DNA of 64,000 nucleotides from Calditrichia bacterium (GTDB lineage Bacteria; Calditrichota; Calditrichia; JAJRVZ01): NCBI GenBank assembly GCA_963796965.1, contig CAWCNS010000009.1, positions 288,001 to 352,000 of the forward strand, read 5' to 3'. Shown piece by piece: positions 10,991 to 22,077 of this stretch (position 1 is its first letter; each line of letters starts with the position of its first letter). The notes under the pieces were generated by a model. It saw only the letters and a program-made list of their open reading frames with translations, ran no database searches and was not told where the DNA came from. The position numbers and the translations under genes were made by a program.

Positions 10991-12517
10991 ATGATAATGG
11001 CAGATACGCAAAATCAACTATTAGTATCTCAGGCGGCGCTTCGTATTGCAAAATTACTTAACCAAACGGATGGCATCGATTCGGCCATCAACATGATGAT
11101 GAGTGAATTCATTGATCTGGTCAGAGCCGATGAAGGCTCTATTCAACTTTTGCGCCCCTATAGTGACACCACACATTACACTTTAATTAGAAATCATGAT
11201 AGTGAAAAGACGGTTTTAGATTCTCGTCTGGATGATTTTTTAGTTGGTTGTGTGATGCGAAACAATAAAGCCTTATTGTCCCATGATATAGTTTCCCTGA
11301 TCGGGCTGCAAAACATACCTCATGAGTACAAGATAATACAATCTGTTTTGGCCGTGCCGATGTTATCCAATGGCAGTCTAAGTGGCGTGATTAATCTGAT
11401 CCGTAAAACGAATGGCCCAGGTTTTAATCAGGCTGATCAGGAAATGATACTTGAACTTGCCAAACAGATCGAACCTTTTATAGAAAATGCCGCCTTACAA
11501 CAGAAGCTCTTTGCCGAGAAATTACGCCTTCAAAAAAATCTTGAAGAGCGGTTTTCAGTCCATGGGATCATTGGCAAAAGTCCTTCTTTTAAGGTGGTCT
11601 ATGAGTTGCTGGAGCAAATTATCCCAACAGATGCGCGGGTTGTTATATGTGGTGAAAGCGGTACGGGTAAAGAATTGATTGCCAAATGCATTCATTATGC
11701 CGGTGCACGTAAAGATCATCCTTTTGTGGCAGTTGATTGCGGGGCTCTGCCTGCCAATTTGCTGGAAAGTGAATTATTTGGATATGTAAAAGGTGCGTTT
11801 ACCGGGGCCGTAAAAGACCGCCAGGGTTTAATTGAGGAAGCCCATAACGGCACCCTGTTTATGGATGAGTTTACCAATATGAATCTCGAAACCCAGGCTA
11901 AATTGTTACGCGTAATTCAGGAAGAAGAAATTCGCCCCATAGGATCTAACCAAACCAAAAAAGTCAATGTCAGAATCCTTGTGGCGGCAACCGATGATCT
12001 GACGGATAAAGTAGACTCCGGAGAAATCCGATCAGATCTGTATTACCGTCTCAATGTCATCTCTGTTTCACTGCCTCCCTTACGCCAACGGGTGGAAGAT
12101 ATTCCGGCCCTGTCCGATTCATTTATTGCCAACTTTTCTGCAAAGCATGGGAAAAAAGTTCAGCGTATATCACCGCAGGCCTTACAAATTCTTGAGCATT
12201 ATACCTGGCCAGGCAACATTCGTGAGTTGGAAAATGTGATTGAAAGGGCATTAGTTTTAATGCATTTTGATGAAACGATCTTGCAACCTAAACACCTGCC
12301 CAGAGAGCTACTATCCCCGGAATCCCTAAGTAATCAAACTGAGATTCCTACGACCGGTGATTTAGCACAGTTGATAGATGATTATGAGCGGAAGATTCTT
12401 AAGGCCGCATTAATCAAACACAATTGGAAAAAAGCCGCTGTTGCCAAAGAGCTTAATACAACCGATCCGGTTATTCGATATAAAATGAAACGGCTAAACA
12501 TAACCCGGCCGAAATAA
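10991..12517 (+). CDS. Sigma54-dependent transcriptional activator, GAF-AAA+-HTH
   Basis: N-terminal GAF (SVLAVPM...GVINL); [35 protein letters not shown]; Fis-type HTH. Confidence 0.95.
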   Translation: MIMADTQNQLLVSQAALRIAKLLNQTDGIDSAINMMMSEFIDLVRADEGSIQLLRPYSDTTHYTLIRNHDSEKTVLDSRLDDFLVGCVMRNNKALLSHDIVSLIGLQNIPHEYKIIQSVLAVPMLSNGSLSGVINLIRKTNGPGFNQADQEMILELAKQIEPFIENAALQQKLFAEKLRLQKNLEERFSVHGIIGKSPSFKVVYELLEQIIPTDARVVICGESGTGKELIAKCIHYAGARKDHPFVAVDCGALPANLLESELFGYVKGAFTGAVKDRQGLIEEAHNGTLFMDEFTNMNLETQAKLLRVIQEEEIRPIGSNQTKKVNVRILVAATDDLTDKVDSGEIRSDLYYRLNVISVSLPPLRQRVEDIPALSDSFIANFSAKHGKKVQRISPQALQILEHYTWPGNIRELENVIERALVLMHFDETILQPKHLPRELLSPESLSNQTEIPTTGDLAQLIDDYERKILKAALIKHNWKKAAVAKELNTTDPVIRYKMKRLNITRPK

Positions 12518-12536
12518 TGATAATTCAATACATATT

Positions 12537-12564
12537 GTAATGGCCGCTCGCGAACGGCTATTAC
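12537..12564. repeat. REP-like hairpin
   Basis: GTAATGGCCGCTCGCGAACGGCTATTAC; homolog GTAGTGGCCGTTCCCCAACGGCTACTAC at 32854; both lie just after a stop codon. Confidence 0.75.
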
Positions 12565-12777
12565 TGCATACGGTCGTATTTATATATGTCAATATAATGA
12601 CAGAATTAATTGCATCTCTGCAAAATCAGATGTTGTGTCATGCTGAACTTGCCTGTCCTGAACCTGTTTCAGGGATTCAGTATCTCAAGATATCCTTTGT
12701 TGTCTCATCATAGCATTCTGACTAAGTCACCTCCCAGGTAAAAATTCTATTAGAATAATTAATGCTATGCATATTCG

Positions 12778-12821
12778 AAACCATAAATATTTTTGTATTT
12801 AACCAAAAATATTTATGGTTT
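12778..12821. promoter_or_regulatory. Perfect 18-bp inverted repeat, candidate upstream activator site
   Basis: AAACCATAAATATTTTTG-N8-CAAAAATATTTATGGTTT, about 95 bp upstream of a -24/-12 motif and downstream of the activator gene. Confidence 0.6.
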
Positions 12822-12916
12822 TTAAACAAAGCCCTACCTTTTACTAAACAGAGCGAACTGACCTAACATATTAATAATTAAAAGGTTCATGCCTCTCATT
12901 TCAATTGATATTTCAT

Positions 12917-12932
12917 CGGCACAGTTTTTGTT
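12917..12932 (+). promoter_or_regulatory. Candidate sigma54 (-24/-12) promoter
   Basis: CGGCAC-AGTTT-TTGTT versus consensus TGGCAC-N5-TTGCW (-12 C mismatched). Confidence 0.55.
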
Positions 12933-13002
12933 ATATAGTTTATTATGCCAACTTATCGCTCCAACTTCGTAATTATTTTCTCTTTATTATTCTAAATTTT
13001 TT

Positions 13003-13047
13003 GCCGGGGAATTTGCCGAGGTTCGGAAGATGATATTATTGCGCTGA
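13003..13047 (+). pseudogene. Remnant 3' end of a C-terminal-sorting-domain gene
   Basis: Translates AGEFAEVRKMILLR-stop, matching CTD endings here (TDKFVETKKLILLR, TGFMQTKKMVLVK); may extend upstream in frame as SLYYSKFF. Confidence 0.75.
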
Positions 13048-13219
13048 ACCAAAACGGTTGGTTAATGTTTTGTATTTGGTGATTAGTAATTTGGAATTAT
13101 TTATGATTTAGTACTTAGAATTTCGGATTTATCAACATTGCCCTGTAGGGGCAAAATATTAGTAGCCGCGGGCAACGCCCGCGGTATGAGGAGCACCAAA
13201 ATCTGAAACCCTGTAGGGG
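13039..13219 (+). repeat. ~180-bp direct repeat, copy 1 (heptamer run plus REP unit)
   Basis: Near-identical to 15787-15966; contains CCCTGTAGGGGCAAAATATT.GTAGCCGCGGGCAACGCCCGCGG. Confidence 0.95.
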
Positions 13220-13270
13220 GATGTTACATCTAGAATAGTGATTTATACCATAATTCTAAAGGAGGTTGTT

Positions 13271-15795
13271 ATGAAATGTTTTCTAATACTATTTGTATTC
13301 CTGCTATTAATCGGGTTGAATTCCCCATCTTCTGCCCAGACCGTTTGTACAAAATACCCACAAAATCCGATCATGATCAAATGCCCATCCGATTCCTGGG
13401 AGGATGAGGGGGTTGTAATGCCTATAGTAATCCATGATGGGGGATTATATAAAATGTGGTACGCAGGTTTGGATGGTACCCATTGGAATATCGGGTATGC
13501 CACCTCAGCAAATGGTATCGATTGGACGAGATATGCTGAAAATCCTGTGATACAAGTGGGGGAATCGGTACCTGGGATGATGAAGTTGTTGGACCCGGTC
13601 CTGTTCTTTACGATGGTGAAACATATAAAATGTGGTTCTTAGGTGTGAATGGTTCAATGATACAGACTGGATATGCAACTTCCTCCGACGGCATTAATTG
13701 GACAAAAAATGAAACTCCTGTTTTGACACCTGGAGATGCCGGTAACCTGGGATGATGAACGTGTCGTTGCGCGAACGGTTATATTTGAAGATGATATGTA
13801 TAAAATGTGGTTCCATGGCCAAATGAGCAAAAAAGACAAATTGGATACGCGACTTCGCCGGATGGCATTAACTGGACAAAGCATGAGAATAATCCTAGTC
13901 TTAGAAACAGGGCCCAATGGAGTCATGGGATGATCAGCAATCGGGCATCCTGTGGTTATTTCTGGTCCAGATAAGGCCTATTCCAAATGTGGTATGTTGC
14001 AAGTCACAACTACTTTTGGAGAACCTGCTTTGCTACATCAGTTGATGGGATCACCTGGGAGAAATTTAAACATAATCCCGTTATTGATGTCGGAATATAT
14101 CCTGATTGGGATTTTAAAGAATTCTGGCCATCGACAGTTATTTTTGAAGATTCCGTCTACAAAATGTGGTGTTCCGGACTCCAGGATAACTATGCCATCG
14201 GATATGCGACGGCTGCTGTAACCATACATGTGCCTTCTGATCAGACCACTATTCAGGCGGGGATTGATTCTGCCAAAGATGGCGAAGTGGTTCTGGTTGA
14301 CGAAGGGACCTATTATGAAAATATCAATTTTAAAGGGAAAAAAATAACGGTGGCCAGTATTACCTGGTTGATCAGGATACAAGCCATATCTCCGAAACGA
14401 TTATTGACGGCAGCCAGCATCAGAATCCCGATAGCGGATCCGTCGTCTATTTTGATATCCGGAGAAGACACCAATTCAGTTCTTTGTGGTTTTACCATAA
14501 CCGGTGGTTCTGGGACGAAAAACATTTGGGAAGAAAATGAAATGCGGACCGGGGGTGGAATCTCTATATGGAATTCCGGTGCAAAAATAATAAAAAATTA
14601 TATTATCAATAATAAGATTGACCTGGTCCAGACAAATATTTATTGCCACGGTGGCGGGATGGACATTTTCGGGTTTCAAGATCAAACCATATATATTTCA
14701 GAAAATATCATCCGAAATAATAGCGTAAACTCCTGGTGGGGTGGCGGAGCCGGCATCGTCATGGGGACAGCCGGAAATCTCCTATTTGATAAAAATATCG
14801 TTGCTAACAATACTTTCACTTCTCAAAACCTTGGTGGGGGGGGTGGATTTTATATTTGGGCTGATGATGAGTTTAATGGTATGATCACCCTCAAGGAAAA
14901 TTTTATTTATGGAAATTCGGTAACAGGTGGTTCGCATGGAAATGGTGGCGGAATTTACTTAGAGAATAGTTCAACTCTATTCTTCAACAATGTTATTTTT
15001 AATAACATCAGCAACAGCGGGGGTGGCGGTGTTTATCTTTATACCCTAGCAAGTTTTGGTGCCATTGCAAAGCCGCAGTTGATCAATAATACTATCACAG
15101 AGAACGCTTCCCAGTATGGGGGCGGTATCTATAATCGTTCTTCTAATACAACAGTGATAAATACCATTCTCTGGGAAAATGAGGCTTCTGCATCAGCCAC
15201 TTCTGGAGAAATTATGGATCTTTCCGGATATGCTAAGTTATCCCATTGTCTGGTAAAAGGTGGCTGGCAACATAACGCAGATCATATACTTGACCTGGAT
15301 CCGCTATTTGTTGATTATGAAAATGGGGATTTTCATTTGACCGAATATTCTCCCTGCGTCGGCAACGGTACCGATTCAATTAAGATCGATGGTGTTATGT
15401 ATATGTCTCCACAGAGCGATTGTGAAGGGAATAAAAGACCATGTGAGATTGATGAATATGTGGATATTGGCGCATTCGAGTCACCCTATGAACAGGTGGC
15501 TGTTAATATTGCCCCAGTTGAAAAATATCCCACAAAATTTACTTTGAAACAAAATTATCCCAATCCCTTCAATCCCACTACAATGATCAATTACCAATTA
15601 CCAATGACCAATTACATAGATCTTTCAATATATAATCTACTCGGGCAAAAAGTGGTGACTTTAGTATCTGAAAAACAGGCGGCGGGAGTCTATCAGGTTA
15701 AGTGGAATGCAAGGGGCTTCGCCAGTGGGGTCTATTACTATAGGCTATCAACTGATAAGTTTGTTGAGACAAAAAAACTGATTCTTTTGCGCTAA
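13271..15795 (+). CDS. Large secreted protein: beta-propeller glycosidase-like repeats, right-handed beta-helix, NYPNPFNP C-terminal sorting domain; several frameshifts
   Basis: RBS AAGGAGG, signal peptide; repeated YKMWY.G / IGYATS.NGI.W / NPVI blades across frames; IHVPSDQTTIQAGID, GGGI repeats, DIGAFE; QNYPNPFNP...SGVYYYRL. Confidence 0.85.
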
Positions 15796-15966
15796 GCCTA
15801 AACTGTTAGTTAATGTTTTGTATTTGGTGATTAGTAATTTGGAATTATTTAGGATTTAGTACTTAGAACTTCAGATTTATCAACATTGCCCTGTAGGGGC
15901 AAAATATTTGTAGCCGCGGGCAACGCCCGCGGTATGAGGACACCAAAATCTAAAACCCTGTAGGGG
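15787..15966 (+). repeat. ~180-bp direct repeat, copy 2
   Basis: Begins in the last codons of the upstream gene (TTGCGCTAA); matches 13039-13219. Confidence 0.95.
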
Positions 15967-16156
15967 TTTAATAGTTTTGAAATTTTGGAATCGAGATACG
16001 GGATAGGAGATTCCTGATTTGGGACACGAGATATGCGTTTCAATTTAAGACTTGCTGCTTGATGTTGGGCTTTTAATAGGGAATGTGAGGTCTCTAATAT
16101 ATGTAATCGCATGAATTGAATATTGAATATTGGAAATTGACTATTGAATATTCTTC

Positions 16157-16238
16157 TTGCCCTGTAGGGGCAAAATATTTGTAGCCGCGGGCAACGCCCG
16201 CAGTATGAGGAGTACAAAAATCTGAAACCCTGTAGGGG
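16157..16238 (+). repeat. REP unit, third copy of the 3' half of the direct repeat
   Basis: TTGCCCTGTAGGGGCAAAATATTTGTAGCCGCGGGCAACGCCCGCAG...AAACCCTGTAGGGG. Confidence 0.9.
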
Positions 16239-16543
16239 TTTCAGAAATGTGAGGTATTATATTGGGAAGAAATCTCAAATGTTAAAATCCAAATGACAAA
16301 TAAATTCCCAATTTCCAATGCTCAAAAAGAACAAGATTTTAATGAGATTAATCTGTAATTGGATATTGTTTTGGCATTGGGGCTTGGACATTTAGAATTA
16401 GGTACTGTGTTTTTAAATAAATCCTTGAAGATTTAACAAATTACTTTGTGATCTTTGTGTTTACTTTGAGCACTTTGTGGTTAAAGCGACTAATCAATGC
16501 GACATTGCAAAAGAATAAACCAAAATAGTGAAAGGAGATTCAA

Positions 16544-16945
16544 ATGAATTGCTGCTCATGTCTTCATGCACGACAGGCCGGCAATAATGACGTGGTTGGA
16601 TGTTCTTACTGGACGGCTATCTTTCACGGAAATATTGATGCAATGAAAACCGCCTTTGACTTTATCAACAAGAAAGAAAATTATAATATTAATCTGGATA
16701 GTGCATCCATCGATCGGGAAGCTATCGGTTTCCTTATCGATGTTCTCATTGAAGATTATGCACCCAAACCTTTATATGAAGGTTGGGCAAATTTGCAACA
16801 ACCCTATGGTCAAAAAAATAAACTGAGAGACATGACCGATGGCTGCGTGGTCATTAAACCACAGGGTTGTTGTGATTTTTATACTAATCAGTATCATGAT
16901 TCGGAAACATCGAGAGATGTCAGGGCGATGATTTCAACCCGGTAA
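16544..16945 (+). CDS. Hypothetical Cys-rich protein
   Basis: RBS AAGGAG; CCSC at N-terminus, GC, and GC...GCC near C-terminus. Confidence 0.7.
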   Translation: MNCCSCLHARQAGNNDVVGCSYWTAIFHGNIDAMKTAFDFINKKENYNINLDSASIDREAIGFLIDVLIEDYAPKPLYEGWANLQQPYGQKNKLRDMTDGCVVIKPQGCCDFYTNQYHDSETSRDVRAMISTR

Positions 16946-17073
16946 ACATTCTGAATAAAGTATTGGTAAATTCAGTTAGACTAGTATCGTTAGCGGGTCC
17001 TTCAACATTCTTGCTAAGTTATAATTAGGCATCCTTTATTATCATAATTTATATACTCTCAGGAATAAAAATT

Positions 17074-19665
17074 ATGATTGGTAAAAAAGTAGCCCATTAT
17101 ACAATCCTCGAACATATTGGCGGCGGTGGTATGGGTGTGGTCTATAAAGCCCGGGACAGCAAACTCAAACGTATCGTTGCCCTTAAGTTTCTACCTCCCG
17201 TCGTTGCTTTAGATCCGGCAACAAAAGAGCGGTTTATTCGGGAGGCCCAGGCCGCCTCGGCGCTCCAGCATAATAATATCTGTGCTATTCATGAGATTAA
17301 TGAAAGCGATGATGGACGGATGTATATTGTCATGGATTATTATGAAGGGGAATCCCTGAAACTGAAGATTGAAAAGGGAAAATTGAAAATTGAAGAAGCG
17401 ATTAAATATATCATTCAGATAGCCCGGGGACTGCAAAAAGCCCATGAGAAAGGTATCATCCACAGAGATATTAAACCGGCCAATATTATTATTTCTGAGA
17501 GTGGAGAAGTAAAGATTTTGGATTTTGGCTTGTCCAAAGTCAAAGGTCAGTCAGAAATAACCAAAACCGCAAGTACGCCCGGTACGATTACCTATATGTC
17601 ACCGGAACAGATATGGGGTGCTCCGATTGATCTAAAGATGGATATCTGGTCATTAGGTGTTGTATTTTATGAATTGATAACCGGTAAACGGCCCTTCCAG
17701 GGAGAGGTTGACCAGGCTATCCTGTATTCAATATCAAAAGAAGATCCCACACCTGCTTCGGCTATTAGAAACGATATTCCAAAACCACTGGAACAGATCA
17801 TTGATAAAATGCTGCAAAAGAATCCGAAAAAACGATATCAGTCTATTGATGAGTTATTACGGGACTTATCAGAAATTAATGAGGGGAAAAATTCAAATAT
17901 TAAATTTGGATCAAGACAAAAAAAACACGTTGATATGGTCTTTTGCCGGATTTTTAATTATCTTTTTTATTTATCTATCATTAATTAAACCATTCTTGGA
18001 TGGCTCACCACCAATCACCCAAATTACTCAGATAATGACATCTCCGGGTATAGAAGGGCCCCCCACTTTCTCTCCAGATAGAAGACAAATCAGCTTACTC
18101 CTTGAAGAGAACTTCACAAAGTCCAAGCCATATCTATACTAAAAAGATCGGTAAAAATGAGGTAAACCAGCTCACAAGTACTCCAAAAAATGATATACAC
18201 CCCGTCTGGTCACCAGATGGACGCTACATTGCATTTACCAGAGAAAAACAAGACCCCTGGCATCAAGAAATTTATCTTATATCTCCTTTAGGAGGCAAAG
18301 AATATAAAGTACATTCAAGAGCATCATTTGGAAAATTGGATTGGTCACCTGATGGGAAAAAATTGGCATTTAACAAAATTGATTCAAATGGATTTTTGGC
18401 AATATCATTATTATCATTGGAGACAGGGGAAACACAATGGTTAACTTCTGTCTCTGCAAGTAAACAGACTTTAAGGGATAAGTATGCATCGTTTTCTCCG
18501 GATGGATCCAGATTAGCATTTGTGCGAGAAGTCGGATATCCCCTGGATTATATTTTTCGGAATTATCATACAGTCTCTTTAGAGGGAGATATTTATATAG
18601 TTACAATAGATAGTGGGAAAATGGATCAACTTACTTTTGATTACAAATATGTTAATGGACTAACATGGACACCTGACGGGAATGAAATAATTTTTAGCTC
18701 TACCCGGGAAGGTTTAGCTAAATTATATAGAATCCAAACTAAAGGAGGATCAATTGAAATTATTCCATCCAGTGATCATGCATATTATCCAGTTATTTCT
18801 CCGGATGGGCGAAGTTTAATTTATCTAGAAAGAGAACCCACAAAACGATATTTGGCGTATTCAGATTCCGAAACCGCTAGGCCTATCAGTTAATCCCTCC
18901 AAAGTCGCGGCCTCACCTGCACATGATGGAAACGTAAATATTTCGCCGGATTGTAAAAATATTGTGTTCGAATCAAATCGTTCGGGACATTTAGAGATAT
19001 GGATATCTGAAAGTGATGGGGAAAATCCTAGTACAATTAACATTTTTAGAAAGTCATTCAAAATCACCAAGGTATTCCCCCAATGGACAGTGGATAGTCT
19101 TTGGCTCTGGGCCTAATAGGAACAATGATATCTTTGTTATATCAGCGGAGGGTGGAGCACCAAAAAGGATAACACATGATCCTTCACTAGACGTTACACC
19201 CTCATGGTCAAATGATGGTAGTTGGATATATTTCGTTTCCAATCGAAGTGGATCGAAGCAGATCTGGAAAACTCCAAAAAATGGGGGGAATGTTATCCAG
19301 GTAACAGAGGATGGCGGTGAAAGGGCTTATGAGTCAAGTGACGGGGAATCGTTATACTACACTACCAAAATTCACTCGGAGATATGGAAGATCCAAGTTA
19401 GAGGGTGGTGGTGTGAAATCATTCATACATGATCTACAGATGCAGACATCAATATTGGACATTTACTAATAGTGGTATTTATTATATTTCCACTGATTCA
19501 CTCTTTAAATTTATTGATTTGCGCACTAAAGAAGACAAGACAATTGTATCCGTTCAAATGGATGGTAATCTTTCTGGTCCAAAATTATCCCCAGATGGTG
19601 AATGGATTTATTTTGATTATAGATCTTGGCAAAATAATATTTTAATGATGGAGAACTGGCGATAA
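17074..19665 (+). CDS. Ser/Thr protein kinase fused to TolB/PD40 beta-propellers; split by multiple frameshifts
   Basis: GGGGMGVVY, HRDIKPAN, DFGL, YMSPEQ; TM segment; repeated WSPDG/FSPDG/WTPDG/SPNG blades over consecutive frames. Confidence 0.88.
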
Positions 19666-19726
19666 TTTTATTATTAACATTCCTTAGGATTTCGGATATG
19701 GTACTCTGTATTTAAATTCGTGTTAC

Positions 19727-20599
19727 CTATAAGCGCGCAATTATCGCCCAAAGATTCCATGCCGCATAGGCTTTAAGATTAGCATTAAGCGGCTGACTAT
19801 GGGCGGAACTACAATTATACCAATCTTCACCTTCCGGATGTGAATTCTGCCATGCAATTGCCCAATTTGCATCTCGCGAACCATCCCCATCACTGTCATA
19901 ATAGCATCCATCATTGGCATTTAATACCATATAGTTTGTATCACCACCGGGATGGTAGGACTCAATTGCTGCAAAATCATAAAGTAATTTATTATTTTCT
20001 CTACAATAGGACCTTATTTGTTCATTACGAATATTAAGATTCCCCTCCTCACCGCTTCCATCAAGATGGCCGGTCATGTAAACAAATTTTACCTCCGGAT
20101 ACTCTGATTCCAATTGTGTCATCAGATTAAAATAGGTAATTATATCTTCTTCTGTAGCCGAACTAACCTGACCACACCAGGACCAGATTATGACATTTAT
20201 ATCCGGATTATTATCCAAATAATTTCTTGTAGCTGCGGCCCAGGCTGTTCGGTCCGGATTTCCAAGATCGCTTGCCCCTGAGAATGGCCTGTCACGGAGA
20301 TCCAGGCCTCCATCTGATCCACCATTATTAAATGAATATAGCATTCCTTTAAAGGTGATTAATCCCTCCATACCAGATATAAGCTGACTTCCATGTGACG
20401 TGTGACCGTAGGCAATATGAAGTTTGCTTTTTGCATTTTCAATATCATCCGAAGAAATGAGAGATAGTTTTGCTTGTGTTTGATCCACTATCACCGATTG
20501 TTTTTTACTTTCCGGTTCGGTACTTGTTTTACATGAATGGAGAAATAAGGCGAGAAAAATCATTAAACAGAAAACGGGGAACAAAATCTGAACTTTCAT
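19727..20599 (-). CDS. Conserved hypothetical lipoprotein, possibly SGNH-hydrolase-like
   Basis: Lipobox-like LHSC; motifs HIAYGHTSHGSQL, WSWCGQ, FVYMTGHLDG, AHSQPLNA. Confidence 0.7.
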   Translation of the reverse strand: MKVQILFPVFCLMIFLALFLHSCKTSTEPESKKQSVIVDQTQAKLSLISSDDIENAKSKLHIAYGHTSHGSQLISGMEGLITFKGMLYSFNNGGSDGGLDLRDRPFSGASDLGNPDRTAWAAATRNYLDNNPDINVIIWSWCGQVSSATEEDIITYFNLMTQLESEYPEVKFVYMTGHLDGSGEEGNLNIRNEQIRSYCRENNKLLYDFAAIESYHPGGDTNYMVLNANDGCYYDSDGDGSRDANWAIAWQNSHPEGEDWYNCSSAHSQPLNANLKAYAAWNLWAIIARL

Positions 20600-20804
20600 A
20601 AGACGACTCCTCTGAAGTATCCATGATATTAGATTCGGCAGATTGAATTATTTCTTAATAACACAACATATATATAAATAGGTATTTGATAGTTGGAATT
20701 GTTTAGGATTTAATGTTCAGAAATTAGAATTTATATTCACCGCTATAAAGATCTTGAAACAACCACAACTATATACACCTATTTTTAGACATACATACTT
20801 TTCA

Positions 20805-20833
20805 TTGACAAAACACTATTAATTTCTTATTTT
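20805..20833 (+). promoter_or_regulatory. Sigma70-like promoter
   Basis: TTGACA-N17-TATTTT upstream of RBS AAGGAG. Confidence 0.55.
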
Positions 20834-20863
20834 TTTTAAAGTTATCATTAAAGGAGAACCCTT

Positions 20864-21901
20864 TTGGCGTCACCTGCAGAGATAAACCGCTTCCTATCAC
20901 AAAAATTAACGGAGGAAAATCTTGAAGAAATTGATGCCATTTCTGCCGGTCAATGGCTTAATGACGAAGGCCTGTTAAAAGACTCCCTTCAGCGACCCGG
21001 CTTGCCCTTGAGAAAACTTCTACGCGCTGGAAAAATTAACGGATCCTTTCAATATCCAAACCGCCGGTGGGTCATACGCCAATCAAATAAGGAGACGGCT
21101 TATTCCGTCAGGGAAACGGCTACTGAATTAGGATTAACGGAACATGCCATCTATAAAAGGATAGAACGGGGTCTCCTAAAACCGGAAAAATTGGGTGAGA
21201 AAAGTATTGTCATCCCAAAATCTGAAATTATACGGGAACAACAGATACGGAACAATCCAACCAATGCCATTAACAGGGGACAATTTCATGATCCAATCTC
21301 CACCGTAAAACAAAAACTGGTACAGATCCAAGGTGAAATGAACAGTTTAATAAATACACTCAGCGATCTTGAAATGACAACAGGCGAGGTCAATAAAAAT
21401 TCTATTTATAATAATATTACAGAGCTTAAAAAGAATGGTTTTGAAGGTTTTGTAACCATAGAATCCTTTCAACAGGGTAAACTCTCCCATGTTCCGGAAG
21501 AAAAAGGTGTCTATCTCGTACTCTATTTATCAGACAGCAATATTGAATTTATAAAAAAAAGCAGTGCCGGTCATTTTAAGGGAAAAAACCCCACCGTCCA
21601 TATGGATATTTTAGAAAAGAAATGGATTGAGAATACGATTGTTGCCTATATCGGTCAAGCCGGAGGCGGAGATTCGAGCGCAACCTTAAAATCCCGGATC
21701 AGACAGTTAGTGGCCTTTGGAAACGGCAAGCCCATCGGCCATTGGGGGGGACGCTATTTATGGCAAATTAAAGATTCGAAGGATCTGGTAATATGCTGGC
21801 AAGCCTCGTCCAAGCGCGACCCACGTACATTGGAGAATGAACTAATCCGTAACTTCGTCTCACACCATGGCGCATTACCCTTTGCCAATCTAAAGGAATA
21901 G
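20864..21901 (+). CDS. Excisionase-type HTH plus GIY-YIG-like nuclease domain protein
   Basis: YSVRETATELGLTEHAIYKRIERGLL (HTH_17-like); GVYLV ... AYIGQAG ... LKSRIRQ ... ENELI ... LPFAN (GIY-YIG motifs). Confidence 0.75.
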   Translation: MASPAEINRFLSQKLTEENLEEIDAISAGQWLNDEGLLKDSLQRPGLPLRKLLRAGKINGSFQYPNRRWVIRQSNKETAYSVRETATELGLTEHAIYKRIERGLLKPEKLGEKSIVIPKSEIIREQQIRNNPTNAINRGQFHDPISTVKQKLVQIQGEMNSLINTLSDLEMTTGEVNKNSIYNNITELKKNGFEGFVTIESFQQGKLSHVPEEKGVYLVLYLSDSNIEFIKKSSAGHFKGKNPTVHMDILEKKWIENTIVAYIGQAGGGDSSATLKSRIRQLVAFGNGKPIGHWGGRYLWQIKDSKDLVICWQASSKRDPRTLENELIRNFVSHHGALPFANLKE

Positions 21902-22077
21902 TACATTATTCTCTTGTAAATGGGTCCTTTGATATTTAGTTTATTTGAGTCAGGTTCTATGATAAATAGATTCCGAACTAAATTCGGAATGACATTTTTG
22001 TGTAATATTGTCAACACCCAACTTGTCGATTTTTAATAACACGTGATGAATTATTTAGTCTGGTTAGTTGTGTTAAA

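Noticed and set aside
13039..15966. Composite transposon or integron cassette
   Set aside because: The flanks encode no transposase, there is no integrase in the window, and I could not identify attC R-box structure; kept only as a direct-repeat cassette hypothesis
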